DNA of 64,000 nucleotides from Trichoplax adhaerens (lineage: Eukaryota > Animalia > Placozoa). Below the pieces are notes generated by a model. The model was not told the DNA's origin. It made no database searches and saw only the letters and a list, made by a program, of their open reading frames with translations. The stretch is taken from positions 732,239 through 796,238 of the forward strand of contig NW_002060943.1 in the NCBI RefSeq assembly GCF_000150275.1, given 5' to 3'. This document shows positions 47,999 through 62,900 of the stretch, piece after piece. Both the position numbers and the translations under genes were made by a program. Position 1 is the first letter of the stretch, and each line of letters starts with the position of its first letter.

Positions 47999-50900
47999 AT
48001 GGCTGAGGCTGTAAGCCAAAGTGATTGGAAAAAGACACTACTATCCAAAAAGGTCAGTCATAAAATCATTTTCAATTCCAGCCAGATTGAGTCATGCCAT
48101 TGAAGGCGATATCCAACCACTGTAGTACTGTAGACACTCGAGATTGGATCGCATGGGATAATTGTTACTTGTTAGGATTACACCAAAGAGATTTTATAGT
48201 AGGCAAAAGTGCTCTACACCTAAATCGAATATAGTTAATCTAATCAATGGCCATGATGAAACGTAACCAACGATATAGTGTAATCGATTTTAGTATGTTA
48301 ACAGATACGGTATACGGGTATGCATTGATGAATGACAATGTGGCTGGGGTTGAAATCCATGCATAATGTTGATGATGCCTATGTTAAATACGTTTTTAGG
48401 TAGAAGCATCGGTTCAGCCTTTAAACTTACTTGAATATTCCTTACCTGGACCACTTCGATCGGTTACAAATTATTTATGCCAACGTACGGATCTTCATTC
48501 CCACATCGACATCGACGGTATAGAAAGTGAATGGATTGAAACCATGGAATTACTTGAGCAAGACTTACAACAACTCCTACATTTATCTCATCCACAATTT
48601 TGGACTCAGGTTACTGCATTAGACGTGTACAATAAGTGATAACAGTATTACTGTATCGTGTTTGATTCTATCAATCATTTTGTTTTATCGTGTATATTAT
48701 CTCGTCTATTCCTAACCTGATAGCTGCAATAGCTGAATTATTCATTGACATGCTCACTCCATGATAATAAACGATCGTATAATGAATTATCTTATTATTT
48801 TTAGGTCTTACATGATAGCTCTATTAGAAGATTTTTAGATTCTTATTTAAGTCGCGCTCCACGCTGTCTTGAAGAATGGAAGCGACTACCATCACAGATT
48901 CTTGATATTCATCGGCGGGTACATCGGCTCGTTTTCATAGTTTTACTCAGACTGTCTACTCATAAAGAATCCAAGGTAGTACCAGATTGCTGATTGTCAT
49001 TCAATAAATAGTCGTAATAACTGTACTCCACTTCGTACTGGATTGACTTTTAATTCAGTATACCAGTCACAATAACAATCATTATTATTGATAATTCATG
49101 TCTCCTTATTTTCTAACATTAAAAATTGCTTTAAACTCAACTCCTATTGTTGATATTTCAATCGTCAATTTAGAATCATTACTTTTCTCCACATGAATTC
49201 GGCCAAATCATATATGATTGTTATGTATTTGATATACCCAAAATCATGGATATATGTTTGCTTTACCAATCTGCTAACGAAGCCTTAATCAAAAAAATGG
49301 TTGACAATATATTTACCAGTCAACCAAAGTAAGTCTATTTTATGAACCTATCGACAATATACGGTACAGTATTAGTGTCATAGAAATGATTGGCTTGACT
49401 TATATTGATTCTAATATGTAAAATTTACCTTTCTCCTGTGGTAGATATATTAACGATTTAAAGATTTGTATTCCGACATTTACAAAGGTTGATACTATCT
49501 TCAAAATAATTCATCATTGATCGTAACGAATGAAATTTTTCTTTATTATTTAACTTATCAACACTACAATTGATGTACTTGATGTACAGGTGCTTGATGG
49601 CATCGTAGCCGCAATAGCAGATATAAACTCTCGCAACAATCGAATTCAATCACGGTAATCTATCATTAGTCAGCAGATGGTTATCGATAGTTATGTGAAA
49701 GCATATATTGGCATTTGTCATTAATCATCGATAACGTTTTAATGGACTATAAATTTTAAGTTTACACATAATCTTTTCACTTTTTACACTACTTTACGTA
49801 TATATAGCATTTGTAAAGTAAAGGTGTTGTTGTAAAATACCTATTGTAGGAGTATAGAAATGATTAGAACTGAAGTTGCAGACTTAGTTCTCCTCTTATC
49901 GGATACCATGGCAACACTATGCTCGTTTTTAGAAGTTTATCCTAAAGCAGCAAGTATTTTATCTGAAAACGACTTTATTCGCAGGTTTCTGACATAAAAA
50001 TCAGCGTTATTTTTACCTTTTACTAATAATTGATGTTGGACATGTTTGTTGTGTTACTACAATAGGTTGGCTGACATGTACGAAAGTATATTTCCAACAC
50101 TTTACCATCGTTTTGCAGAAACAAATCTAAATCAAATAAGGTCTGCATAGATAGTGCAAAATCATATTTAGCAATAATTGTAAACCTCTCTGCATACTAC
50201 AGCTAAGAGGCAATTTACTTGATTCTAATCGTGAAATATCTTGATTTCAGTCTGGTGTACAACCGATTACAATCATCACAAATTCAAACGATAACAATAT
50301 GTCGATACATTTTCACTACCTGTTATCTGGATCCAGTCGTAACTAGGTATCATTCGTTATTGACATCCTTTTAGGCGCATATCGATGAACACAGACATGT
50401 TAGTATATTAGTAAACAAATTATACAATTATTTTCAATGTACTGCAGTGTAAATGAAGACGAAAGACAAAAGACTGTAAACAAATTTTTACAGATTATTG
50501 CTGATGTCTTGGCAAATAAAAGGTGTAGTATGACAGTGTTTGAAATAGCGATGTGTCACGTAAAGCAAAGTAAATAGTAATGGTGTGTTTAATCTTAGAT
50601 TTATAGCGAGCTATCATGGATTATTTAGCATTAAAGATGATCTTCAACGTCTTCACTCTTCCGGCAATATGTATCCTTACTTTTATAAATCTATAACCAA
50701 TTTATTAACTATTTTCCTGCTAATAGATGTACAAGCACTTTATTTTAATTTCTTTAACTAGCATGTAAATTAAATTTAGAGATCAATCAAATGTAGATTA
50801 CTTTTCTGAAGCAATTGCTCAAGTATGTCAGGAAGTATCATTTTTATGCGATAGCAATAAGCCTGCAGAAACCGAAGAAGTTGCCACTGGTTACGTGGAT

Positions 50901-52787
50901 AACCAAATTGAGGACTCAGTTGCTTCGGTAATTTTGGAAGGCTTTTTAACGTAAATGCTAAGACGTTGATCACATTTTTCTGCCTGAAGTACATCCTTAA
51001 GTTTTGATGATTAATGCAATGTAGGTAACCGATTCACAAATCAATGTAGAAACTGCTATTCTAAGAGTGCGTGATATTCTCCCACACTTAGGTGAAGGCT
51101 TCGTTATGGTAAGCATATACAAGTATCCTTGTATTCTTCGATTTTCTTTTTTCAAAACTAATCTACGACTGTTGTATTTCTTAAATTAATATTCGGTAAT
51201 TTGGCTCATTCTTATAAATTGTTGATCAATTTAGGCATCTTTAGATGAGTACAATGGCGATGTCGATAAAGTTATTGATGCCATACTAGAAGATCAATTA
51301 TCAGCCTCGTTAAAACGACTTGATCTGAATTTATCTAGGCTCGTTGAAAAACGTTTTGAAAGTTTTCTGGATTACATTATGGACTAACCAACTTTTGACA
51401 TGTGTAATTATAATCTGTATCATTATAGAGAGGATTACGTTAATAGCAACTCTAAACCACAACTAAGCGAACGTGCTTCTGTATACGATTACGATGAATT
51501 TGACGTGTTCCATAGGGATGATGTTGATATTTCTCGAATTCATCGAGGAAAAAAGTAATTTTTCGACTATTGCACGAAGTCATTTATTAATGTGTCCGCA
51601 TAAAATCATGATATTTATTTCAATTTACCTCGCTAGAAATTCTTATAAGAGCGTAGATGATTTTCTGAATGATACTTCTGTTGTCGAAATTATGCGAAGA
51701 ACGGGCGTATTCGAAAGATTCGATGAATACGATGTAGCGTATCTGTCAAACTCTTATAGTGTTACTTTGGCTGCAATTTAGATATTAGTATAGACTATTA
51801 TAATCGAGTAAAACTTTTCCTCCTTACATACTGACTTATAGGACGAGTATGATGACACGTACGATGACGCTGAAGTCGCCGTTACGGCCGACGCTGTCAG
51901 ACATGACGATGACCTAATACAACGCAGGTTTGTTATAATGAATAAACGTTGCCGAATAAAGATTTTAAATACTCCCTTAAAGGAGTTTTTACTAGTCAGT
52001 ATTGATGATTTCTACGGTTCCTTTTAAAAATAGACCTTTCGTTACACCGAGGGTGTTGCAGAATACGAGAGATGCGGAAGACGATGAATCTGACAACCAA
52101 GAATCTGATACAATCCATACGACTGCCACTAGTAATGCGAAAACCCAGGCTAAACCAAACAAGGTATAATTTATCTGATAAATAATCCACATATTGTACT
52201 GTCACCTGTATAACTGAAAAACTTTGCACCTTACTGTAAGGAATTAAAATCGTGAAAAGCATTCATCTCTTCCAGCGATAGTAATAGAGTGCTGTTTTAC
52301 TATTTTATAGGCCACCGACGGCAATATAGCCAATGGCAGTGCCCATAATAATAAGCGTAGTGGTGCGCGGCAACAATCTAATCGTAGTGGTAACGATCAA
52401 CGGAATAACACTAATGGCAATAATAATGGTAAGAACTGACTTACCAGTAATATATACTGTATAATTAGCTCATTGCTACCCTTCATAAAATAATATTTTA
52501 AGGTGCTCCTTCTGCTACTACTAGCTAGAATTGTTAATTCGTTGTAATCCATCTATAGTTATGTTACTAGCCTGCCATATTTAAGTCAAAGTCGTACGCG
52601 TTTACAAAGACCGTCTCTCATGATAATTGCCTAAATGTTCAGGTCTAAAAATTTTTTTATAATTGTTTATCTAGAGGTGAGAGATAGACGTAATAAGGAA
52701 AGACATAAATCATCTAGAGCAAATCACAACAGGAAATTTCTTTCTGATCGAAAGCATGCGAAAGGATTCGGAGGCTTTCCGACATAA
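47999..52787 (+). CDS. ASCC2: Activating signal cointegrator 1 complex subunit 2 (CUE domain), multi-exon
   Basis: The spliced product includes DLQQLLHLSHPQFWTQ|VLHD..FLDSYLSRAPR, LRLSTHKESK, VFDIPKIMDICLLY, a CUE domain (VRDILPHLGEGFVM|ASLDEYNGDVDKVIDAILED), DEFDVF, DEYDDTYD, and C-terminal RANHNRKFLSDRKHAKGFGGFPT* (TAA at 52785-52787). All are characteristic of ASCC2. Confidence 0.95.
50671..50779 (+). other. Probable U12-type (minor spliceosome) GT-AG intron in ASCC2
   Basis: The 5' splice site is GTATCCTTA, and a branch-like TTTCTTTAAC at ~50749-50758 lies about 21 nt before the AG. Removing the intron restores the frame (..SSGNI|DQSNVDYF). Confidence 0.75.
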
Positions 52788-53999
52788 ATTGTGTCATTTT
52801 AACTCTATTACGTTAACTTTAAATATAAATACAAGTTAAAAATCTGTTTGCTAGACGAAGAAGTCGGAATTGGAGTATTAAAGTAACTGTTATATTTTCA
52901 TTGCTAATTCATGCGGATAGCAGACTATGTGCTAGATTATCTTCAGATACTGATATAAATTGCATAATTGTAAAATGTGAAGGTATCTATCGATCATCAA
53001 TATAAAGGATAATACTTTGTGATAATTTAAAGATAAGTCATATCGAACGAAAGTAACATTATTATTCTATTTGATTGTTCAATTATGCTATTAAAGCATG
53101 CTCATCTGATTTGCTTCGTATGCTGTATTTTCTTGACGAATATGTCAATGTCATTTAATTTCCCTTTCGGTCATAGGTATTACGTAATATTATATAATTA
53201 GTAAGATCCAGGCAATATTAAAGTCAGCAGTGTCGATCCTATGTAGTAGTATTTCTATGTATGTTGCTCTGCATATCTCCTCATCAGAATGCAATAAGTA
53301 GGGTGATAAAGTACTCGATCAATTTTAGCGATGTTTATTTCCAATCTGTAAGAGTGACAGCAGTCAGTTCTTATAGTCACGATCTGGATATTTCAAAAGA
53401 TTGTCTAAGGCAATATTAATAATTAATTACAACTAATTAAGGATTGTTTATATAGGATAGACGAACAGGACCATAGCATAATAACTAATGAGTACTTTAC
53501 AATAATAAGTAAGTTATACATTGATTGATGAATTTGAAAGTAGTTGAATAATGTTGCAATACGTCACATGTTACTAGATTTTCAAAAATTTATACAATAA
53601 GACGAATAATATTGCTGTACAAATACCATGCATTGTTCCAAAATTACAATACAAATTATAGTCTACTTAATAGTTGGAGATATCCAATCCTGCAAGCTGG
53701 AATCCTTTATTGATTCATATATCCATCTAATACTTAAATTAATAGACATTAAATTTGAATTGAAAATTTTTAATTCATCCAATTTGAGCTATACCAAAAT
53801 AAAATATCGTATGATAAATTACAGTACTACAGAAATCCAAAATAGAGCGACAAGAAGAAGCAAGTAGTAAATTGCAGATAAAAGTTAGGCCAAACAGACT
53901 TTCCCCGCAAGACCTGGAAGTCATTATTATACTTAAAGATATTGGTCTTGATCACAATTCTTTAATTTACTTCTTTCAAGAACAGTAAACTAGAGAGAA

Positions 54000-56900
54000 A
54001 TGTGGACTTATATTTCACTTATGTTATGGATGATTGAAATATCCTACTGTAAAGGCCAACAGTTGCATAATTATCCAGCAATTAATGTCACTCAGAATCA
54101 ATCAGTTTTAACCTTAGCTGCTTCATTTAGTGTCGATGGAGGATGGTATGGTGGTAGTACCGTTAGCGGAGCAATGCTAGCCTTAGATCACATTAATAAC
54201 CAGTCAAATATATTATCGAATTATACTTTGGCCATGAATTGGGGTAATACTAAGGTAAGCATTATTTTAAATTTATTGAAAATTTTATAGGATCTTTTCA
54301 CAATCGACGGCCATCGATAATGGATGATTCAGGCCATAAAAATTACCGCAGTCGTGTTTATTTAATTTATTCTCGATTGACCACTATTACATTTGATCGT
54401 AGTCATGAATATCATAAGAACCTCTATGTAATAGCAATAGAAATTTAAATAATCTGTTAACAAATTTACACTTGTATGAACAGTCAGTCTTCAAAATGAA
54501 AATTTTTAAGTCGTTACATAAGAATATCAATTTCATTATCAATCTTCATCTCTAATTCTATTTTCTTATATAAATTTCTATCCTCTATTTAACACCGGTA
54601 TTTTATCTGGCTTATCTACCAACTTAGGTATTCGAATATTTTTTTCAATAGTCTCCCTTAAACTTCCATTCCTTAGTCGATGGAAGCTCCCTGCTTTCTT
54701 AGAAAGATATTTTTACGGTGCCGTCACCATATTTACCTGCTACACTTGTCACTATTGTAAGAAAAATTAATCTAATTTATCGATGGGCAGGGATTCTATG
54801 TATACTTTCTATCACCCGTTTTGAATCTTACCACGTATTTAATGTTAATTGAGAAATAATTTTATGATGGATAATGAGGTAAATCTCTCTTAAGTATTAG
54901 TCGGACTTGCGATATTGCTATGGTAAAACAGAAAGAACCTTTTATTTCTGATCAATTTCTTTACAAATGCATTACTATTCCTCCTTACTCCTTTGTGTTG
55001 CATGGTGACTATCACCGACTAATGCTGATCTTATTCTCGTTAGATAGCATAGTTTGATGTTCGCTGATAATACCGTTATCTATATTATTTTGCAGACTTT
55101 TATAGATTACTGCATTATCTATGTACTGAGTATGATATTTTAGGAAAATCTTCGACATCATTCCAAATTTTTTACCACTAAAGTGTATTTCTATTGATAA
55201 AATCCAATTATCGATAGTTTAGCTATAATATGCTAATTTATGCCATGGCGATATGACTTCATACAATTTGAAAGTCTTTATGGCTTTCGTAATTGTTCTT
55301 TTTCTATATCTATAATATAGCATAACGCAACTTTAACAACATTATCAAATTATCTATTTCATTCAATATTCTAAAACAGCCGGGATTGATTTTGCGTTAT
55401 GATAAGTATACAATATTGACTTAATGATCTATTATTCCAATTCTAAGCAAAGATAAAGTACTTACAGGAAATTATTCGTGAATGTCATTATTCAATATTT
55501 AGACATTATATCAACTTCTATATAACTTTTAACGAAGTGACAAAGCACTCTCTTTTGTTTGACTGTTTTACGAAATCAACGAATAGCAGCCTATTTTTTT
55601 AGCATTTTACAATATGATAATGAAATCAGACTCGCTGATCTGAGTAGCTGGGGATGTTTGGATGTTTTGGTATCATTTTTCTTTTATTATGCCTGTAAGA
55701 TAATTTATATCACCCTAAACGAATAAGTATATCATTTTATTGCCAACGTGAAGTTTGCCGTCAGTTATCTCAAGAAATTAATACAAGTACTGTACGATCA
55801 AATTTATCCCTTTTACCTAAATCCAATTAAACTTCCTAGATAGTCTTACAATATTTATTACCTTCCACACAAAAATATTAGATGATATTTTCAATGACCG
55901 TTATTTCATCGATGTAATGCTACCAGTAAATAACTTGTGTCATACTTGCGAATTCCTAGATGCTACATTAGCAAATAGTATTCTTTAAAATTACTATTAA
56001 TGCATATTTCTTACACTACTTACCTTTCTAGAAATCAATTAAATAGTCCTTTCGAGTCAAAGCGCAGTTTTCTTTGGTATCTAAACATTGACAGAGTTCT
56101 TAATATCAGATTTAAATATTATACAAATCAGCATTGATGTACTTTAGTCTATTCCTAAGTATTTTCCATGCAGTCTGACATTTCCACAATAAATTTTTTT
56201 CAATAGTAGATGCTAAATGATCAGAATATCTGGCTCCTGTAATAATATTAATATTGCAGTGCAATGTACCCATTCTACTAAATACAAAAACCAAAGCTTA
56301 AGTTGGTAACCAACAGTAACTATGACAAGGCTGCTTGATCTTTATTGCACCCTAGACTGCTACTACGCATATTTTAAGGGTGGTAACTTGAATAACAAAT
56401 ACATAGAATATTCACAACTGCAGTATAAACGTATTCTAATGAAATAATATGATTGTCGAAGTCTCTTTTTAAAAGTTTATACTAAATGCCAATGGCACTA
56501 TTGCTAGGCAAATCACTTTCGACAGACACCAGTAGATACTCATCGAGCTGCAGAATATGGAAGAATGTCAGATAGCATCAGATCCATTCGTACGTTATTA
56601 AATGATTGCCGTAATCTATAATTTTACGAGTAGAACAATGAAATCGATGATCAATAGATAAACATCAGGAGTATCTAATAAATACCTTTAATTTTGAACT
56701 ATTATCGTTAACCCATTTGTAATTACTTTTATTTGTCTCGTTATATTATTTTAAAACATTTCAATAGTTGAATTTTTTATCAACTAGTCAATTAGCTTGA
56801 ATTATCTGCGAATAGCTATTTTCAAAGTGAAGGGCCCATCTTTAACGTATATAAGCAGATCGATCATCCATATTTTATGATAAAATATAATGAGTAATTA

Positions 56901-59900
56901 TAATAAGACGATTGCGAAATATAGCAAACTCAAAATTAGATACTAGATTGTGTTTACAGCATATCTGTAAAATTGATGCTTAATGCTCTGAAACAGTTTA
57001 ATTAGAGACTTTAACTAGCTATAACTTGCCACCTTAGAATCAATCTAACTCCAGACTTTTATCAAGTGAAAATTTCGTCAATGATACATACGAGCAAGTT
57101 TATCACATTTATCCCTCCATTAACTATAGTAAATAATGTTTAGAAAATGTAGTGCATACAGGAAAAAATTAGTCTTTCGAGTAAATAAAAAATTGCAAAA
57201 ATCAATAATTATCACCGATAAATGTACCCATCACTTTCTCATCTTTAGTGCATGGTCGAAATTGCCAACCAATCTACGTGGTTAACGATATTATTTCCCC
57301 TAAATTATTTTATATAATTAGATTGGTTAATTAGTCTTGAATTGATATTCACCAAGGTTATAGTATCGAATTTTAAGCATTTTTTATAGATAGTAAGTGA
57401 ATAATCATATAAGTAATTACAATTGTTCAAAATGGCATAACGTTAATTTATTTATATTTGCCTCGATCTTGTGATCTTTCTACCCTATTTCAGTAGCTTC
57501 CAAATATTTCTAATAATTACGCTTTATGAACTCATCAAATCAATCTATTTGACTCACTTTAGTGTGATTCCGGAGTGGGGTTAAAAGTTTTATTTGATCA
57601 GCTGCATCAAAAGCCTAAAAAAATTATGGTGTTAGGTGCAGCTTGCTCTGTGGTTACCCAACCTATGGCTAAAACATCTCAATACTTCGATCTTTTGCAG
57701 GTAAGCAAATACTAAGAAGTTGATAAGCTATGTAAACTAAAAATCCTTCAAAATTTTATTTCTCAATATTTGTGAAAACTATAAATAGCGATAGAAAATG
57801 ATGTAGATTTATAGTATCTATTATAGAATTCTTTTATCAATTTTAGATTGATCAATTAATGAATTCCGGTCTACTAGCAATGATTTAGTAAAATTCGCTT
57901 ACAGTAGCTCATATTTTGCTTCTATCAGGGCAAATTTAAAACTCTAACATTAGTAAATGTATTAATCTTGAATAAAAAGCCGTGTATTTAAAAGGTCGGA
58001 ACTAGATTCTAAATTGTGTATTATTTACAATTTCACATTTCGTGGTTGAATTACTATAATCATTTGACGTATTCAAACATATTACTAGCAAAATATACCT
58101 ACAGCTCTGATAATAGTTAGCTTTATACTTTGATGAACGTAAATTATAAATACACAGGTAAATTATCAGCTCATACAAAAAACTGAACAAATTCATCAGT
58201 AGTCGTTTTGCATCAGCTGAACATTCCAAAATCAACAGTAGAATGTTACGCTTATTTCATAATCATATCTAATTTTCTAATTAAAAACCTTCTAGCTTTA
58301 TGAAATTGATAATTCCAAAATTGATCTTAGCTCAATTTAGAATCAATTTCATTTGCAAACATGTGTCAAAAATTGCAAGAAATGAACATCATTAGAAACA
58401 TAAATCTTAATAATTTACAGTACTCTCCTGTCCTTAAAGTAATTATCATCTGATGTAATACGAAATCTCATTTTAGTTATCATATGCCTCTGCCTCACCC
58501 GCTTTAAGTATTCGTTCGGTATATCGCAATTTCTTTCGAATATATCCTTCTGAAACTGCAATCAATCCAGCTAGAATAGGGCTATTGAAGCGCTTTGGTT
58601 GGAAGAAAATAGTCTTACTATATCAAACTGTAGAACTCTTTTCTGCCGTACGTATAAGTATAATTTGTCGCTATTTTTTATCGATACTTCGTAATGTAAA
58701 CAGCATAAATGAATAATTTCTAGACTGCCACATCTTTGATTCAAGTAGCTGAAGAAAATGAAATCCAGGTTACAGCTACGCTGGGTTTTAGTTCCGATGA
58801 TGATCCCTATCAGGCTCTTATTTCAATACAGGTTATAATGCTATAACTACAGTTTTGATAATATTAAAATTACGATAGACAGACTATACTCCTTTACTAC
58901 GATTATTAAATAATTGAAATCTTAAGACTAAAATGGAAAGCAACATATCCATTATGAATCTTCGACCCTAATAATAGCCAACCATACTTTCGTCGAGTCA
59001 GCAATAAACGAGCATTTAAGCCGTTTTAAAGTATTACTATTACGAATTTTATGTGCCTTATCAAGAGTAATTGATGAAATAACTACAGAACCAAAGGACA
59101 ATTAATTAATAAGAAATTACTTAAGATATTATTGCTACATTTAAGTACCCTACTAAAATTATAAGCAGCAAAATAAATAGTAGAAATATGTAGACTATGC
59201 GGTTATTAAGGATACAGTGATGAAATGTAAATTATATGATGCAATAAATACAGATAAATACATAAACGCTGATAAGTTTAGCTAGTATTTGGTTAGAACT
59301 GGAGCTGCTACTTGAGATAATGTAAATGATTATATTTATTAAGATCATGTAATTTATAACTATAAGTCCACTTAGATATTCAAAAAATAAGGCAAGAATC
59401 ATCTATCTGTAGTCTATCATTAAAAATACCAAAAATTGAAATACGCGGTAGAAATAAAGACGTCATTTCGCAGGCTAGATATTCACTAGCAATTAAAATT
59501 TTGTAATAATAGGACTACAAACATAATGTCATCATGTAAGTTTCTAGGCAAATAAACAGGCAAATAGTTGCATAATGCTCTTCGACTTTTATATCTACAG
59601 AAATCAGAAACACGTATTATCGTGGGAGGATTCTACAGCTCCCAAGGTCGTAAAGTATTTTGTCGAGTAAGTAGGTATTAATTAATAACGTTCATAAATC
59701 AATTCATTTTAGAAGAGGAAATGATAAAATTAATTTTATACTTCGTTAAGTATCTTACCCTGGTTGTTCTATTCGTGTAGGCATACCATCTAGGACTTAC
59801 AGGATCTGCATATGTTTGGATTATTACCGGTTGGCTTGAAGAAAACTGGTGGCTGGATCCGCTTGGGGAAGGAGTTACAGTCGGCAATCACCATTGCAAT

Positions 59901-62900
59901 GATTCAGTTATGACAAAAGCTGTTAAAGGCTATTTTGGTATGGCCACCTTAGCTATATCTAGTCGTCCTCAATCAACTATATCCGGGCTGGTACTAACTT
60001 CTATCTCATATAACATATATTATAGTGTGATATCTTTCTTTCAACATAAAAAATAGTCTGACTTGATCTACTTGCACACTTACTAAACCACAGACATCAT
60101 CAGAATGGCTCCAACTATTCTTTAAATACCTACAAAGACCTGGCGCTTACGTTGGAGCTATAGATTTTGCTTCCTTCACGTACGATTCCGTTTGGGCCAT
60201 AGCTTTAACATTGAATCAATCCATTAACCCATTATCAAAAATAAATAAAACATTGGAAGACATCGATTATTACGATAAAGAGGCGTTATCGGTCTTTAAA
60301 GATCAAATGCAAGCTTTAGAATTCATAGGAATAACCGTATGCTTTTGACTGATATGAATTGTGTTCCGCTTAGATTTACTATAAAGCTTTAAATTCATCC
60401 TCCGTCTTCATTTTTTGTTGGTTTACTGTACAATTCTATAAGTCTTCTAAAAAATAAATATTAAAGTTATACAGCAATCAATTGAACATTAGTAATTACC
60501 CCTTAATTAGTATTGAAATCGATTATATCCATTTTTAACCTGCATTTAAATCTATTAAAAGGGGCCAGTTGCATTTAACCAAAATGGAGATCGCTTGGGC
60601 ATTACTACCATCAAGAGGCAAATTGGTATAATTTATTTTTATAGATATTTCAATCATTATCTAGTTTACTAAAATTAAACATTATAGTTGAGATTAAATT
60701 GTAAGTGTGCACCTACGAATCGTATAGTCTTCAGTTTTACTTTAAGTTGAAATTTTTGTTATGAACTATAGGCAGCAAAGAAGTTATCTTTGGATTATAC
60801 GATAATAAAAGGGAGACAGTTAATTGGAATTACTCTGTTGCAATTACTTGGCAAACTGCAAGTGAGCACTTAGATTCGAAAAATCTTAGCAAATTAATTA
60901 TAGTTTCTTCAATAGCACTGTAGTATAATCAACTAGCTTTTAGTAATTGATTACCAAATCAATCATCTATGGCAAGTATTAATTATTGTGCAACTATTTT
61001 ATGAACTGAATTCATATTACTTCCTGTCAATGCAGACAATCAAACACCGGTAGACAGTCCAAGAATTATTGTTGTTAATGCTAGCATTGCTATACCTCTA
61101 TTCATTGGTATTTTGTCCATTGATGTCATTGGAATGTTAATGACAATCGTTTTCTTGGTTTTCAATATTAAAAGTCGCTCTATTCGGTAACTGCTACATT
61201 TCACCTTAAGTTCTAACTTTATATTGGTATCTTACCCATTACCCAATGAGTAATTGCCTTTGCAACTCCAATTAAACATTTTACATTTGCTATGTTTATG
61301 CTAATACAGGATCATTAAAATTTCTAGCCCGAATGTAAACAATATCATTGCGATTGGAGCAATTTCTTGTTATATTTCAGTATTCTTCTTCGGTGTTAAT
61401 ACTCAGAACATAAATCAGCACAACGGCTTACTGTTGGCAAGTTGTTGGGTTAGTCTTCTATTATAAATATGGTATAAAATGATTGCAGTAAGATATATTT
61501 TACTTCTATTACTATAAAGCTATAAGTTCTTGCTAACATAACGCAAAAATAGTTACAATTACTTCGTTTTATATACTGCAAGTAAACGATTTGATTTTAT
61601 TCTTTACAGTGCCGCTCTTGGTTTCTAGTTATTGGTTATACATTAGGATTTGGAGCATTATTTGCAAAAACATGGCGTATTCATTCCATTTTTGCTAGAA
61701 AGTCGGTTAAGACCAAGGTGAATTAATAAATTGCAATAATGTCAACTATAGGGAGTATTTAAAAAAGATCAATTCGAATTATGTCTTTAATTTCCTAGCT
61801 GATTATTACACTTTCAGCTGAATCGTCCGTTGTACGAATAGTTATTAACGCAGTTGAAATATAATTTATACAAGATGAATAGATAGAGAAATAATTCATT
61901 TTTTGATAATTAATCGAACTTACAAAATTACTTGCAAGTTTTCGTTCACTACTCACTGATATCAGTCAGTTACGAGTAATTTCCTGTAATTTGCAGTTGC
62001 ATATTAGGCTAAATTATATGTACATGCACAAGCTTAATTACCTTATAAGATATGAGATAGACTTTTAGTGGTTATAAATAAATAACTCTTAAGTTATATC
62101 TATACAACGATATTTGAATTTGTAACGTGAACGATCTTCTAACTAAACTACAGTATATATAAACTGTCAATTTACGATAGTCGCTCATTTTAAGGAATAA
62201 ATCGCGTATTTTAAATATGAATTATTTCTGCAAGTCCTATAAATTGAATTCTAACTTCTATGGTACATTCTAACTAAATTGCTACATCAATAAAATAGTT
62301 AATCCGTGATAGCCGACTTTATGGAATTATAAGCGCTGCTGTTTTTGTGGATATTTCAATTATGTTGGCTTGGGGAATTATTGATCCTGTAAATATTGAA
62401 ACAAAAAATGAATCAGTCCCCGTAAGCATTATGTTTCAAAGATTTCTAAAATAATCATCTTATGTAAATCTACATGTCAGTGATTAGCTAGAATTATAAT
62501 GATCAACAAAAGTACCATAAGGGTGTATGATAAATGTTTGTGAATATAGAATACGGTCTGGTGAACTTTAAATAATCATCTAAATACTAAATTTTAGTAG
62601 CTATGTGTTAGTTTGTTGTCAATAAATAGAATACTATGATAATAGCTATATCTATAGAATACTAACGGCATTTTATGTCTACATTAATAGGACTTCAGCC
62701 ATAACCGTGATAGAATAATGATCATTTCGATTAAACAATGTCATTCTAAATATCCAATTGTCTGGAATGTTTTACTATTTGGATTTAACGGATTACTGTT
62801 AGTTTATGGTGCCATATTAGCTTGGCAAACGCGTCAAGTCAAAATGATGGCAGTTAATGATTCAAAACTAATTGGCTTAGCAATTTATAATGTGGCAATC

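Noticed and set aside
51123-51130. Second GTATCCTT U12-like donor in ASCC2
   Set aside because: It lies 14 nt inside an intron that already has a strong in-frame GTAAGC donor, so it is probably coincidental.
60337-60561. Possible U12 intron in the GPCR (GTATGCTTT donor, TTTTTAAC branch-like word)
   Set aside because: G at +5 fits U2 and breaks the U12 core. The intron is phase 0, and weak pyrimidine tracts are common across this window.
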